Source: an uncultured delta proteobacterium (lineage in GTDB: Bacteria > Desulfobacterota > Binatia > UBA9968). From it: a DNA stretch of 64,000 nucleotides. The stretch lies in NCBI GenBank assembly GCA_963745835.1, contig CAVUZH010000014.1, positions 416,001 to 480,000 on the forward strand, read 5' to 3'. Numbering within the stretch: position 1 is the first letter of the stretch; each line of letters opens with the position of its first letter. The translations under genes were made by a program, and so were the position numbers. Under the pieces are notes generated by a model that was not told where the DNA came from, did not search any database, and saw nothing but the letters and a program-made list of their open reading frames with translations. Below are positions 32,298 to 43,238 of the stretch, piece by piece.

Positions 32298-33156
32298 GAC
32301 GCAATTCGCTACTTCGCAGACGCCGCAGGATCTAACCACGTACTCGACATAGCGGAAAGCATCATTCAGAGCGTTTATCTTTATGACGAGGAAGTTGCGA
32401 GCCTTCGTGACCACATTCCGGTTCGACCGAAAAAACGCCCATAGTCAAAGATATACATACCAACCGTGACGGACGCAATTGACGATGTCCGTACGATCCA
32501 AAACGTAGCCACTGCAAGGGCTGCGGTCGTCCTATCAAATAACGGAATGCGACTCAGCACCTCGACAAAGACGCATTGGAACCGTACCTCGATGGAGCTA
32601 GTAGGATTAGGATATCTTACCGTCGTGAGCGCAACCGCTTGGCTATTTCATTCCTCCATACGTCCAAATTTTTACGCGCTTATTTGTAGAGAAACTGGTC
32701 TTTCCCTTCCAGTCGGACCAAGAGTTGCTGAACCTCTGGCTGATCGACCAAATACAAGGCAGGGCAAATGAGTGCATAATCGACTAACGAATCGCCGCTC
32801 TGCTCGGCTTTTGTCTTTAGGTTGCGGAAGATTTCGTCAATCCACTCTGGAGATTCAACTACGAAGCTTCGATAAGGCCAGCCTCCCTGAGTTTCTGGCG
32901 AAATCAACGACCATTTGACTTGATCTACATAAAAGTCAGCGGCAAACACGAGGAACTTATCGAACCCGTCCGATCTATACTTTAGGAACTCCGAATCGCT
33001 TATCGTGATCTTTTTCCTTCTCGCAACCTTTGAATCTGGGCATCGAGCGAATCTGCCCATACGCAGTCGCCGTTGATGAAGCAAGGCTGCACACCCAAAC
33101 GTGGCGCAAACACCGACACAGATTTTCTATAGTTCACTTTAGTTCCGTTCCTCGAT

Positions 33157-33534
33157 CTATGGCTGTGGTCCTGTGCCGGGCAACAGTTCTCGAATCTTTC
33201 TCTGAAGATCCCGAACGCCAAACGGCTTGACGATGTAAGCGTTACAGCCAGCTTCCAAACAGGCGTTGAGATCGTCAGGACTAAACAGCGCGGTTGTTGC
33301 CAAAATCGGTATTCCCTTCGTCTCAGGGTTCGCCCGAAGTCTTCGTGCCATTTCCCGACCATCCATTATGGGCATCATCATGTCCAACAGGATCAAGTCT
33401 GGCTTCTCTGCGATGGTCTTCTCTATGCCCTCTTCACCTCCACTCGCTAAGACCGGAACATAGCCCATTCCTTCTACTATACGGCCTAGTAGATCGCGCA
33501 TATCGGGATGGTCTTCGACAATTAAAACTCTCAT
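33157..33534 (-). CDS. Single-domain response regulator (paralog of 19495)
   Basis: MRVLIVEDH...LILLDMMMPIMDG...YIVKPF. Confidence 0.92.
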   Translation of the reverse strand: MRVLIVEDHPDMRDLLGRIVEGMGYVPVLASGGEEGIEKTIAEKPDLILLDMMMPIMDGREMARRLRANPETKGIPILATTALFSPDDLNACLEAGCNAYIVKPFGVRDLQRKIRELLPGTGPQP

Positions 33535-34195
33535 TCGCCGCCGTCGATCCGAACACTGACTACCTACGTGGAAACGAAAGAGCGATGCCGGGGTAGAAGA
33601 AAATCCGTGTTGTAGTAACAAGCTGCGCTTCCTCGCCCCGGCTGAAAGGCGTTGAGCAAGCGTTGTGCCCTCGCTCGGCATTGAACAGCTACTCACTCTA
33701 GAGAATCTGTAAGCGTCAGAAGGGAGTTCTGGCTCGGCAGAGTTAGCGGCAACTCTGCCTGGTAAACTAAAGCCACTTACTGATCGGGTTTAGCGGTAAG
33801 TGCTTTTAATGAAGTGACGGAAGCAATCTGACCAACAATGCCCATACAGGCGGGCATGTTCCATGCTCTACCGACAATCGACTGAAGAACATGTGTTCTC
33901 ACTCTTCGGATTGCGCAGGTATTCATGGGAGGCGATTGCATGTCCAGAATCATCATCAAGGAGCCTTTTGCGCCGCGAAGGCGCCACCTCATGATCAACT
34001 ATCGCGGGGAATCTAGCCGAGTCAGCCGTGTCTCCTGGGGTCTGCAAAGATCATCCATCGCCTTTCCGAAATTGGCTAACGCCTCCAGCGAGGACATTTG
34101 TATGATTGTTCTTTTGGTCTCGTTGTTAGTGACCACTCTGCTTTTGCCATGGATCGTCCTGTGAATTGTTTCCCCTCGATCAGAAGGTTTAATCG

Positions 34196-34543
34196 ATGAA
34201 ACGAAAATTCCAGAAACGTCATCCAGATGCTTTCGATCTGGCCTGGCTTGATGATGAAGAGCTTCACAAGCTCCAAGAGGCCATGGTGTCATACCGTGAG
34301 AACCACATTTGCGGCTATTGGCTGCATTGCTTGAACGAACAGCTGGCCATTCGGGCTGGCAAACTTCGTATCATGCCCGGTGCCGAAGCCAGAGACCCAG
34401 ATTTAAAGCAATATCCGATCAGCGATCTGCATGCGGCCCGCCTAATCTTCCGCGCCATCGGTAGCGACTTCAAAGCTACTGGTAAACCAACCGGCCAGCG
34501 CTTTTGTGAAATGCTGGTTCAATGTTGCGAAGGCGCGTTGTGA
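34196..34543 (+). CDS. Hypothetical protein
   Basis: 115-aa ORF with AAGG RBS. Confidence 0.55.
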   Translation: MKRKFQKRHPDAFDLAWLDDEELHKLQEAMVSYRENHICGYWLHCLNEQLAIRAGKLRIMPGAEARDPDLKQYPISDLHAARLIFRAIGSDFKATGKPTGQRFCEMLVQCCEGAL

Positions 34544-34622
34544 CGTTCGGTTTATTACCATCTAGTCTGGCTAGGAAGGGGAAATAACTCCCCGAAATAC
34601 TCTGAGCTAAGAGGAGATTCTT

Positions 34623-34997
34623 ATGAATGTAATACCGAGATTGCCGGAAAATACGAAGCCAGTTTTTTGGAGCTTCGTCATTGGAGGCATTGTTACAATG
34701 TTCCTGGGCTTTAACTTTTTTGGCTGGATGCTTGAAAGCACGGCAAAACAAATGGCCTCTGAACAGTCAATGGCGCAGGTAGTAAAAGCTCTTTTCCCGA
34801 TCTGTCTAGAGCAGGCAAAAAGAGACCCCAAGTACAAAGAGCAATTGGTAGCTCTGGAGAAAGAATCGTCTTGGTCACGTGGGGCTTTCGTAGAGAAGAC
34901 CGGTTGGGCAAATGTTCCTGGAATTGAAAAGCCATATTCAGGCGTAGCAGACGCATGCGCAGAACAGCTTTCAAAGTCATTTACGCCCCCTAAATGA
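34623..34997 (+). CDS. Hypothetical membrane-anchored protein
   Basis: AGGAG RBS; N-terminal TM; PICLEQAKRDP...FVEKTGWA...ADACAE. Confidence 0.8.
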   Translation: MNVIPRLPENTKPVFWSFVIGGIVTMFLGFNFFGWMLESTAKQMASEQSMAQVVKALFPICLEQAKRDPKYKEQLVALEKESSWSRGAFVEKTGWANVPGIEKPYSGVADACAEQLSKSFTPPK

Positions 34998-35616
34998 GGG
35001 TAGTGAGTAAACCAAGGTCGCGGCAAAACGATCTATCCTATGCCGCGACTTTGGCGCGCGGGTAGCTGCATGGAAGTAAAGTCATCGCAACAGATATGGG
35101 TTAAAACCAACGTTCATCAAACGCCTGGCACTACAGAATGGATCTTCTAGGATTGTCTAAATTTACCGTGCGGCTCACACGACGTGAGGCAATCGTAATA
35201 ACCCTATTCTTTCGATTGATATGGTTGCCGGGTATATGCCCGGAGCCGAAGTTACCCCATTTGGGGAGAAGAGTGGGGTTATTTACGATTGTATCTTTCT
35301 ACCAGCACCTGAAAACAGCAGCCGAGTCTAAAGTAAGAGATAACGGAACAGCGAGCTCTTGGAGGTGGTCATGAGCGATGAGAAAAGCATAAGCAAACCT
35401 AAATCTGGTATCTGTACCAACTACAGCCCAGGTGGGTACAAGAAGCCGGTAAAGCCGGAACCAGAAGAGGACCGGGAAATGAATGAAGGAACAGTTGATT
35501 CGCCGGTAACAGCGAAACCCTACTGACAAAAAGTTGGACGTGTGAACTGCCTAGAACTTCCCGGTCATATGCGATCTCCAAAATGAAAGTAGCATCGGCG
35601 TACTTTGAAGCGGCGA

Positions 35617-35802
35617 AAGGTGAAGAACATTAAAGCAAAGAAACGGTTAACAACTTTCACCCTTGTCCTAGCTCTCATGACTGGCAGCGTGGCAGAACTG
35701 GCAGTCCTGTTATATCGAGGTGCCCGTATCGTTGTGGTAAGTAGCTTGAGCTTTGCTGCGGAAAACGGCGTGCCGAGCGGCGTGAGCAAGACCGGCTTCA
35801 GC
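35617..35802 (+). repeat. Diverged inverted repeat, copy 1 (partner 39248-39422)
   Basis: Shared GTAAGTAGCTTGAGCTTTGCTGC core, AAGGTGAA.AACATTAA and GAGCAAGAC..GCTTCAGCA. Confidence 0.75.
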
Positions 35803-36110
35803 ATGAGATAAGAGGGATGTTATCGCATCGGCGAGACACGATGCTGGTATTATCCTAAACTGCAACCGTATTCACGGCGAAACTAACCTGTTGGGAAATT
35901 ACGGGTGTATCCAACATTGCGCCAACATCAACGCTGTCAATGAAAGTTCTACTCGTAGAGGACGAGAATAATCTTGGTATACTCCCGATGGTTCCGGGTA
36001 CTGCTAGTGGCGTTATTGACTGTAATGTTGATGGTTCTCAAAATACTACTGTGACCGCAATCAGCACGTTCACTCAAGTTATCTCCCCTTCTTCATCGCC
36101 GGGAGACCTA

Positions 36111-36341
36111 ATGTCCATTCGTTATCGCAAACACCTGATTCTCCCCACAATCAATCAGGATGAAGTTACGGGCGCTTGGTTCGGCAGTGTCCACATCCAG
36201 TACACGGAGAAGCTGAAATTTCATAATGTTTTGATACAAGTACGCGGAATATTTTGGACAAGTGCTGAGGCAGAAAAGCAGGTCATAAAGGAAGCGAAGG
36301 AATGGATCGACAGCAGACTACGTTCGGGCCACGGCAAATAG
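36111..36341 (+). CDS. Small protein, 'T-x2-EAE...WID' family
   Basis: GGGAG RBS; FWTSAEAEKQVIKEAKEWID. Confidence 0.65.
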   Translation: MSIRYRKHLILPTINQDEVTGAWFGSVHIQYTEKLKFHNVLIQVRGIFWTSAEAEKQVIKEAKEWIDSRLRSGHGK

Positions 36342-37144
36342 TTCATAACACTCAATTACAGTCAGGGTGTGAAGAGTCTTGCTAACAGTAGAAGACGAAG
36401 CAAAGAAGCTGTCTCACCTGTCACGACCTTGACCCGTTGTCAGGCTTCTTTCCGCCGATAATAGGCGATGAAGGTTGGCCACTTTCCTGTTGGTTTGCCG
36501 GCATTTAATCCGCTTTAAACCTTCGCTTCAGGAAGTCCTTGGACAAGAAAGTACAACGGCATCGTTGGCATTCCCATAACACATCCTTGGATATCACCTT
36601 CAGCTTGTGGCCACGAATTCGACAGACGAGTGTCTGCAAGCGATGAATCAGCGTCCGGCCCACAGTGCCCTCCTAAGCGTTAAAGCAAAAGGTCGCTCTA
36701 GCACTCTTGACGGAGCCGGAAGATTGAATTTACGTTGTTACGAGATGTGGTTAAAAGCTAGGCGAGAATTTAAACAACGTGTGAGAGCTAAGATCAATAT
36801 ACATCAATTCCAGCGTTAGAAGAAGATCGCTTCAGTGCAATTGGACCAATACCATTCAGAATCACCAGAGACCCGAACTATAGCGGTCCTGTGATAATCC
36901 CCCTTTGCTAAGTTCATCTCTGCGACGGCAGATGAGAAGTTGATAACGTTCAATCGGAGGAACTATTGGAACTCGAACCGAAAGCTCAGGATATTTTCGA
37001 TCGGATAAAACCGTTTGCGCCAGAGACGGCATATGAGAAAGGACTTATCTCAGCCGAAGAAAGGGATTATTTCGTCAATCTTCTGGCGGAAAGAAAATGG
37101 GCGCGAAACAACAAAGCATCCGATCAGTAGGCTAAGTTGACGGA

Positions 37145-37444
37145 TCAGTCATTTTGGATGGATGTCTTTGACAGATCGCCATTAAAATAGCGATTAACTC
37201 TAGTTCTGGCCTTTTCGGTTTTCTTCTTTTGAAGATAATCTTGTAACTTCGACTTGAAGTCTGAATGGTCCCAATCAAGTGGTTCAATGATGTCGTCCCT
37301 GTCGATAATCATCCGTCCATAGTCATTCAGGTTATAGCTCTTTCCTTTTGCACCAGTCTCCAGCAACTCTTTGAACTTGTGTTCTGGGAGTTCCCAGATT
37401 GATCCAAATTGCCTTACGTACTTCATCGATTTCGGTTTGGCCAT
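37145..37444 (-). CDS. Hypothetical protein
   Basis: 99-aa ORF with protein-like composition. Confidence 0.55.
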   Translation of the reverse strand: MAKPKSMKYVRQFGSIWELPEHKFKELLETGAKGKSYNLNDYGRMIIDRDDIIEPLDWDHSDFKSKLQDYLQKKKTEKARTRVNRYFNGDLSKTSIQND

Positions 37445-38043
37445 ATTTCACGATAATTTTTTCACCCATGACGATAATGTGATCGGACCGTTCTTCCTCA
37501 ATTTAACGACGGTTTAGTGTCCGTTGGAGTCTACAATCAGCGGATCGGCTATTTTCCGGCGCGTCAGTTCCCTTCCTTACCCAATGCAGTTCAGCAATAA
37601 GCGCCCTCCAAGGCTAGGAGCGTATGAAGTGTGATCCTATAGAGACTACCCCTTTTCTTTTTTGGGCATCCGCCATGATACTCTGGCCCCAGTCATTGGC
37701 CTAAGAAAAAGTTTTGTAATTAGTCGTCCCCTTAGAGTTGCGATCAGTCCAGCCGGTATGACATCGCAGTATTTCATTGGGATCACTGCCTTGGCCCGAT
37801 TCAGGATGGTGTCAGCCGAGCCTCATCCCGGCAGCTTACTGCTTAAATTCGTGTCAGTGATTACAGTTTTCTCGATCAGCAGTTTGCCAGCAAGAGCTTT
37901 GGACCACGTTGTCTTTTGGTTCCGGTTTCCCTTCAGATAATTATGCTGTTGTAGGTATATTAGTTCAGGACAGGCCCCTGATCACTCTCAAAGAGAGATG
38001 GGCCATCAAAGAACTTCATTACGGCGGTGAGCCACCAAAACAA

Positions 38044-38340
38044 ATGGATAAGCATGACTTCAGTTACGTTTTGTTTAGCGCAGCCTTGGGTGCGTTGGGT
38101 GTGTTTCTGATAGCCGGACTAGCTCTAAAGGATCGCATCCTGATTATCTTTGGCGGCGTCTGTCTAGGTCTGGCGCTTATCGCTTCTATTGTTTATATGA
38201 TTCACCTCGCTCGCGGTCCGAAATATGAGCCGAGACTCAATGAGAACGGCGACATCATTTCCATCTGGTGTCTGAGGTGTATGAAAAACAACGATCCGAC
38301 ACGTAGCCGCTGCAAGAGCTGCGGTCGTCCTATTAGATAA
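38044..38340 (+). CDS. Two-TM protein with C-terminal zinc ribbon
   Basis: WCLRC...RCKSCG. Confidence 0.65.
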   Translation: MDKHDFSYVLFSAALGALGVFLIAGLALKDRILIIFGGVCLGLALIASIVYMIHLARGPKYEPRLNENGDIISIWCLRCMKNNDPTRSRCKSCGRPIR

Positions 38341-38385
38341 TGGAATCCGACTCGCAATCTCGACAAAGAGGCCCGAATGCCGTTT

Positions 38386-38697
38386 TCAATGATCTTTGCC
38401 GGTGACTTTAAACTGGGTTAAAGAAGACTGTCCGGCTCCCAAGTTTTGCATCATCTTCTCGTATTCAAGGATTACTCTATCCTCAAGCTTTTTGCGTGTT
38501 TCACTATTAATCGGATGTGCAATGTCTTTATAGGTGCCATCTTTTCGCTTTCTACTAGGCATCGATAAGAAGTAACCCTTGCTTCCTGTGATGATCTTAA
38601 GATCGCTAATGACGAAACAGTGATCGAGAGTGATCGTAACGTATGCTCGAAGCTTGTCTTCATCGGTCGGACGAATCTTTACGTCGGTAACTTCCAT
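38386..38697 (-). CDS. spoVG: SpoVG family nucleic-acid-binding protein
   Basis: MEVTDVKIR...FLSMPSRKRKDGTYKDIAHPINSETR. Confidence 0.93.
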   Translation of the reverse strand: MEVTDVKIRPTDEDKLRAYVTITLDHCFVISDLKIITGSKGYFLSMPSRKRKDGTYKDIAHPINSETRKKLEDRVILEYEKMMQNLGAGQSSLTQFKVTGKDH

Positions 38698-38716
38698 CGA
38701 ACCAATCCAGCAGCCG

Positions 38717-39112
38717 TCAAGTCGAAGACCTCGCCAACGCACACTTGGCTTTATCGTGGAGAGATCTTCGTATGGCCTCGACTAGCTCTCTCACACGAAA
38801 AGGTTTGATCAAAAGGGAGGATACACCGGATTCAGTAATGCTTGCCGTCATTCGTGCTGTTGGATCGGCGGTGATAAGCACGACTGGGGTGCTGCCGAAG
38901 TTTCCAAGTATGTGCCTAGCCAACTCGAAGCCGTTTAATCCTGGCATCCTGACATCGGATACGACCACATCGAAAGACTCACATTCCAGTCTCTGAAGAG
39001 CTTGGGAGCCGTTGAGAGCTTGTTCCACAACAATACCTCTAAATTCGAGGCACTTCGCGAGTAATCGCAGATTGTCTTGGTGGTCCTCGACTATTAGAAC
39101 TTTCGTTGACAC
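38717..39112 (-). CDS. Single-domain response regulator
   Basis: KVLIVEDH...VVSDVRMPGLNG...LIKPF. Confidence 0.9.
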   Translation of the reverse strand: MSTKVLIVEDHQDNLRLLAKCLEFRGIVVEQALNGSQALQRLECESFDVVVSDVRMPGLNGFELARHILGNFGSTPVVLITADPTARMTASITESGVSSLLIKPFRVRELVEAIRRSLHDKAKCALARSST

Positions 39113-39247
39113 CGGCGCTAACAGCGCAATGTTCGGACCAAACTCTTTAGGTAATCAAAGCCTAGTGTCTCATGAATCTGGTTGCACATTTGGGAAAATA
39201 GGCAGGGCCATGTCTCGCCGGTGGTCGATCACAGCCGTCTTTTCTCC

Positions 39248-39422
39248 TGCTGAAGCTTGTCTTGCTCCCACCCCGGTGAACCATTCTCGGCAGCAAAGCT
39301 CAAGCTACTTACAATAACTATGCGGCCCCTTCGGTATGACAGCACTGCGAGTTCTGCCGGTGTCAATCCTGAGAGCTATGACAAGGTTGTCAGCCAGTTC
39401 ATTATTAATGTTCTTTCACCTT
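39248..39422 (-). repeat. Diverged inverted repeat, copy 2
   Basis: Reverse complement aligns with 35617-35802. Confidence 0.75.
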
Positions 39423-39925
39423 CTCGCTGTGCAATATACCCGTGACAACTTCATTCTGCAGACCGCATAGCTCATCATAAATAAAGCATGCGCCTGATAC
39501 TGATTTCCGGTCATCGATCTTGGAAACGCTTCTATCGTAGATTTACGATATGTCTCCGGCACTGCAGCTGAGATGCTTGATGTGCATTTCCCATCTCTCT
39601 TCTCTCTTTTGATTCTCGATATTAAGAACGTGCTCTCTCTTCTGAATTCCTCTTCTCTATCACATTCGAGTCAACAATTGCCTGGAGGGAATAGAAATTC
39701 CCATAACTGCCTAATAACTTCTGAAACTGCTGAACGTCAGCAAGACCGAACCTCAGTTGAGAGAGGATCAAACAGCAAACGATAGAAAACGATTGACAGA
39801 AATTCACAGCTATGGAAATGAATTGTTGCCACTCAGTACCGTAGCCTGAACTAAAACAGTCTCTAGGATTACTGCTGAGCGGGCCAACAGCATATCTATA
39901 AACTCGCGAGCTTTGGTGCAGGGCA

Positions 39926-40288
39926 ATGACCAAGAGGGTTTTGGTCGTCGATGATGAGCCAGCCAATCTACGAATGTTAAGGTACGTCCTCAGCCATAAG
40001 GGATATGAAACGGCGGAAGCAAAAGATGGCTTGGAGGCTCTGGAGCTGTTGGGCCAGTCGCGATTTGATCTTGTGATTTCCGATGTGAGAATGCCTCGCA
40101 TGGACGGCGTGGCTCTCGCAAGGCACATTGTTTCCAGCCAGCCGATCACTCCTATTTTTCTGATGACCGCGTACCACTTCGACATTCGTGACGATATTTC
40201 AGCCCTTAACGTTCCCTGCCTGGGTAAGCCTTTTTCATTTGACGAGTTGCTGTCGCAAATCCAAAAGGTGCTTGGAGAAGATCGGTAA
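39926..40288 (+). CDS. Single-domain response regulator
   Basis: RVLVVDDE...VISDVRMPRMDG...GKPF. Confidence 0.92.
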   Translation: MTKRVLVVDDEPANLRMLRYVLSHKGYETAEAKDGLEALELLGQSRFDLVISDVRMPRMDGVALARHIVSSQPITPIFLMTAYHFDIRDDISALNVPCLGKPFSFDELLSQIQKVLGEDR

Positions 40289-40446
40289 ACCGAACTCTGA
40301 ACTGGTGAGGCGCTGACTGTCAGTTGGCTTTGCTATGGATTGATCCCCACAGGGCCAACCTATCTTATTCCTAATTCAACATAGTGGTAGAGTCCATCGA
40401 GAAGACCTTCAGGACCGGCTCTAACTGAGGCTCGATCGGAGGATAC

Positions 40447-40851
40447 TTGGAACCCAATTACTTCAATCCATCTGGCCCGTTATCCGCAAGCGCCACAGAT
40501 CACCGCATCTTACCCGAAGCGGAACTTTGGACCCAGGTGATCCTACAGGCGATAGCTGATCTCGACGGACGTACATCACTAACGCCACGTTCAGCCAAAG
40601 ATTCTGCTAGAGAATGGTTTGCCTCCGAGTGTGATGGGGTGTGCAGCTTTATTTGGGCTTGTCAGATCATCAATGTGGACCCAAATTTCATTCGCTCGCA
40701 ACTGGCCAAGAAGCTGCGGATGAAGAAGTCAGACCAAGTGATGCCAGCCATAGCTCAAGGAGCAAAAGCCTTGAGGAGAAAAAACTCACCGCTGTTGGAT
40801 AACTTGGATCGCGCCGAAGCGCGGCCAGCTTTAAAAAGACTGGTAGCATAA
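40447..40851 (+). CDS. Hypothetical protein (phage-associated type)
   Basis: GGAGG RBS; LWTQVILQAIADL...AREWF...SFIWACQII. Confidence 0.7.
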   Translation: MEPNYFNPSGPLSASATDHRILPEAELWTQVILQAIADLDGRTSLTPRSAKDSAREWFASECDGVCSFIWACQIINVDPNFIRSQLAKKLRMKKSDQVMPAIAQGAKALRRKNSPLLDNLDRAEARPALKRLVA

Positions 40852-40982
40852 CTGTGAAGGGACGCTCAGCAAGAGCGACCCGTTTAACCTCGGCGCTTTC
40901 TACTCTATTATTTGATAGCATCGCATCAAGGCAGAACCATAACGTTTCTAAATGATCAAAGCTTGGTCGTAAGGAGGAAATA

Positions 40983-41528
40983 ATGAAGTCACACAAAAGG
41001 CTCGTGCTTCGTTTCGCGTTTGGCATCGCTTTTCTTTTCGCGATTTCCCCGGCATCGGCTCTCAACGTTGGCGATAAGGCACCGGATTTCGAGCTTGAGA
41101 GTAGCAAAGGCGGCAAGCTTAAATTGAGTGATCTCAAAGGTAAAAACGTACTAATCAACTTTTATGTTCTCGATTTCAGTCCGACCTGAATCAAAGACTT
41201 GCAAGCGTCCGGTTCGGACAATTATTCGATGTTTCAGGCCGAGAATACTGAAGTGGTCGGAATTAGCGGCAACGCTCCTTTCTCACAAAAGGCTTTTGCC
41301 GACTTCGCAAAAATCACATACCCGCTGTTGAGCGACAGAGAGGGTAAAGTCATGCAAGCATTCGGGGTGTATGATGAACCGAGGAGGGTAGCCAAACGCT
41401 CTTATGTCATTGTCGATAAGGAGGGAGTAATCCGGTATCTCAATATCCGTCCTAGCAACAGCGAGAAGGATCTTCTCTCGACCGAAGAATTGCTCACCGC
41501 AGTCAAGAAGGTCAATAAAGGTACCTAG
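40983..41528 (+). CDS. Exported peroxiredoxin-like selenoprotein (TGA at 41187-41189 read as Sec)
   Basis: ORFs 40983-41189 and 41199-41528 are in frame; FYVLDFSPT-TGA-IKDLQ at the peroxidatic position; signal peptide; conserved Arg in KRSYVIVDKEG; hairpin GTCC-GGTTC-GGAC. Confidence 0.88.
41207..41219 (+). promoter_or_regulatory. Candidate bacterial SECIS
   Basis: GTCC GGTTC GGAC; GGTTC starts 21 nt after TGA. Confidence 0.7.
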
Positions 41529-41679
41529 TATAATCTTTGCGCCGATGTAGCGCAGAAAGATTTTAGTTTGCTGTCAGCCCCGTGCATCCGCTGGAGCTGA
41601 CAGCCTGAGAACGACTGCTTGACGCACCCTAACGAAGCCTTGGAAAACCAGGTGCCTCAGCTCTAAGGCTACAGAACGC

Positions 41680-41870
41680 TTGACCAAGGGCACAAGTGCT
41701 CACGGTAATGCGGGCGAAGCATCCATATTTCTTGTTCTCGCCGATCGCAAGCTGAAGCCCGGGGGCATGTTGGCGTTGGTCATGCCTCTTAGTCTCATGT
41801 CTGGTGACTCTTGGGAGGACTCATGTGCGTTACTGGCTAAGAACTACACCGACGTTGTGCTGGTCTGTTG
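41680..41870 (+). pseudogene. Fragment of N6-adenine DNA methyltransferase (type IIG-like RM)
   Basis: IFLVLADRKLKPGGMLALVMPLSLMSGDSW, motif typical downstream of NPPY. Confidence 0.5.
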
Positions 41871-42095
41871 TAGCATGCTTGGTCATTTGTTCCTTGCTCT
41901 AGCTCCACAGTCCGGAGTTCATAATCCAGCCATCAGTGCGCAAAAACAGCCTTGCAATGCACGAACTTAGATGACCGCATTTGATCTGAAGTCAACGCGC
42001 TCCGACAGGAAATAGGGAAATTGCCAGACGATGACGCGATCGCCCGACTGGTGAAATCTTTTTTCTTCTTTGCTTTTGCCTGCGAACGGAAGAAA

Positions 42096-42350
42096 ATGCC
42101 GGACATGACAACAATATCCATCGATACTGAAACCTATAAGCGGCTGCTTAAGCACCTCCCCAGCGACGTCAAGCTGCGAATTGACGGACGGGCAACGACA
42201 CCTTCCGGAAACGCCACAACGATCAATTGCGACGCGAAGGATCAGGAGAACATCATCGCAATCGCGAGGCGACACTTTCCGGACAAAGCATGGGAAATTG
42301 AGAGAGAGGTTCGAATTGCTAGGGCTGAGCCACAGGAGAAACCGAAATAG
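42096..42350 (+). CDS. Small protein, divergent 'C...A..H.P' family member
   Basis: TINCDAKDQENIIAIARRHFPDKAWEIE. Confidence 0.6.
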   Translation: MPDMTTISIDTETYKRLLKHLPSDVKLRIDGRATTPSGNATTINCDAKDQENIIAIARRHFPDKAWEIEREVRIARAEPQEKPK

Positions 42351-42523
42351 GCGGATTGTCGGAATTTTGTCGGACCTGTCATAACAGAACCGCCGCGGAC
42401 TCATCGACAGGCCGGTTTGAGGGAACGAGATAGCACACAGGGGATTCTTACAATCCGTCAGGGATGCCGAATCTACAGCGTGCACGGTTCGTAGAATCGA
42501 CGCAGGATCACTCATTGGTAGGA

Positions 42524-42936
42524 TCATGGATCAGGCTCAGTTGTGGCTTTACCGTTGGTATGCGCTGGTTCATGCTCATCGTCTTCATCTCTCACTGCTG
42601 GTAAGAGTGTTTTCTTTTGCTTGTTGATCAGCGAAGGCTGCGTGAGTAACCGGGCGTCAATCGAATCGAGGATCAGCTTGGACTTAACGCAGAGATCGAT
42701 GAGTGCGGATTGTTGAGTTGAAATACTATCGGCGCCGCCGAGATCGTCAATTAGATCAGCGCGCCACTTGGCCAGCGTTTTTCCAAGAGAGGTTCGTTGT
42801 CTATTACCCGTCCACCTAGCCCCTTAACGGCCTCTCTGAGCGGCCTAAGTCCGTGTGTGACGGCATATCCGTTGCCTTTTGCTGCCGGCTGGCGGCGGAT
42901 TTCCGTTCCAACGGCGCTTTTTACTTCTAATCGCAT
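42524..42936 (-). pseudogene. Terminase small subunit-like protein, copy B (frameshifted)
   Basis: KGNGYAVTHGL...LGGRVID...WRADLIDDLGG...STQQSALI...QPSLIN. Confidence 0.55.
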
Positions 42937-43170
42937 CCAACAACCGCATCCACACCACAAAACTGCTTTAAATCAATAGCTTTCGTCTCAGAGCGAGACT
43001 CCCAGGAAATATGTCACTAGCGTCTGAGAAATAGTGAAGCGTCGAAATCTGATCTCTCCGTTGGATAGATGCTCTTGTCGTGGAGTGTTCTTATCATTAC
43101 ATAACCTGCCGGCCGTAGAAGCGATAACGGCGGTCTGCCTATCTCTTGAAGTTGCGATTTTTAAGAGCGG

Positions 43171-43192
43171 ATGGACACATTTTGGACACATT
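43171..43192 (+). repeat. Tandem TGGACACATT repeat, putative integrase arm-binding site (right)
   Basis: ATGGACACATTTTGGACACATT. Confidence 0.7.
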
Positions 43193-43238
43193 GGATAATC
43201 TGCAAGGTGAGCTCTTTAGACATAAGCACTTGTTTTCA

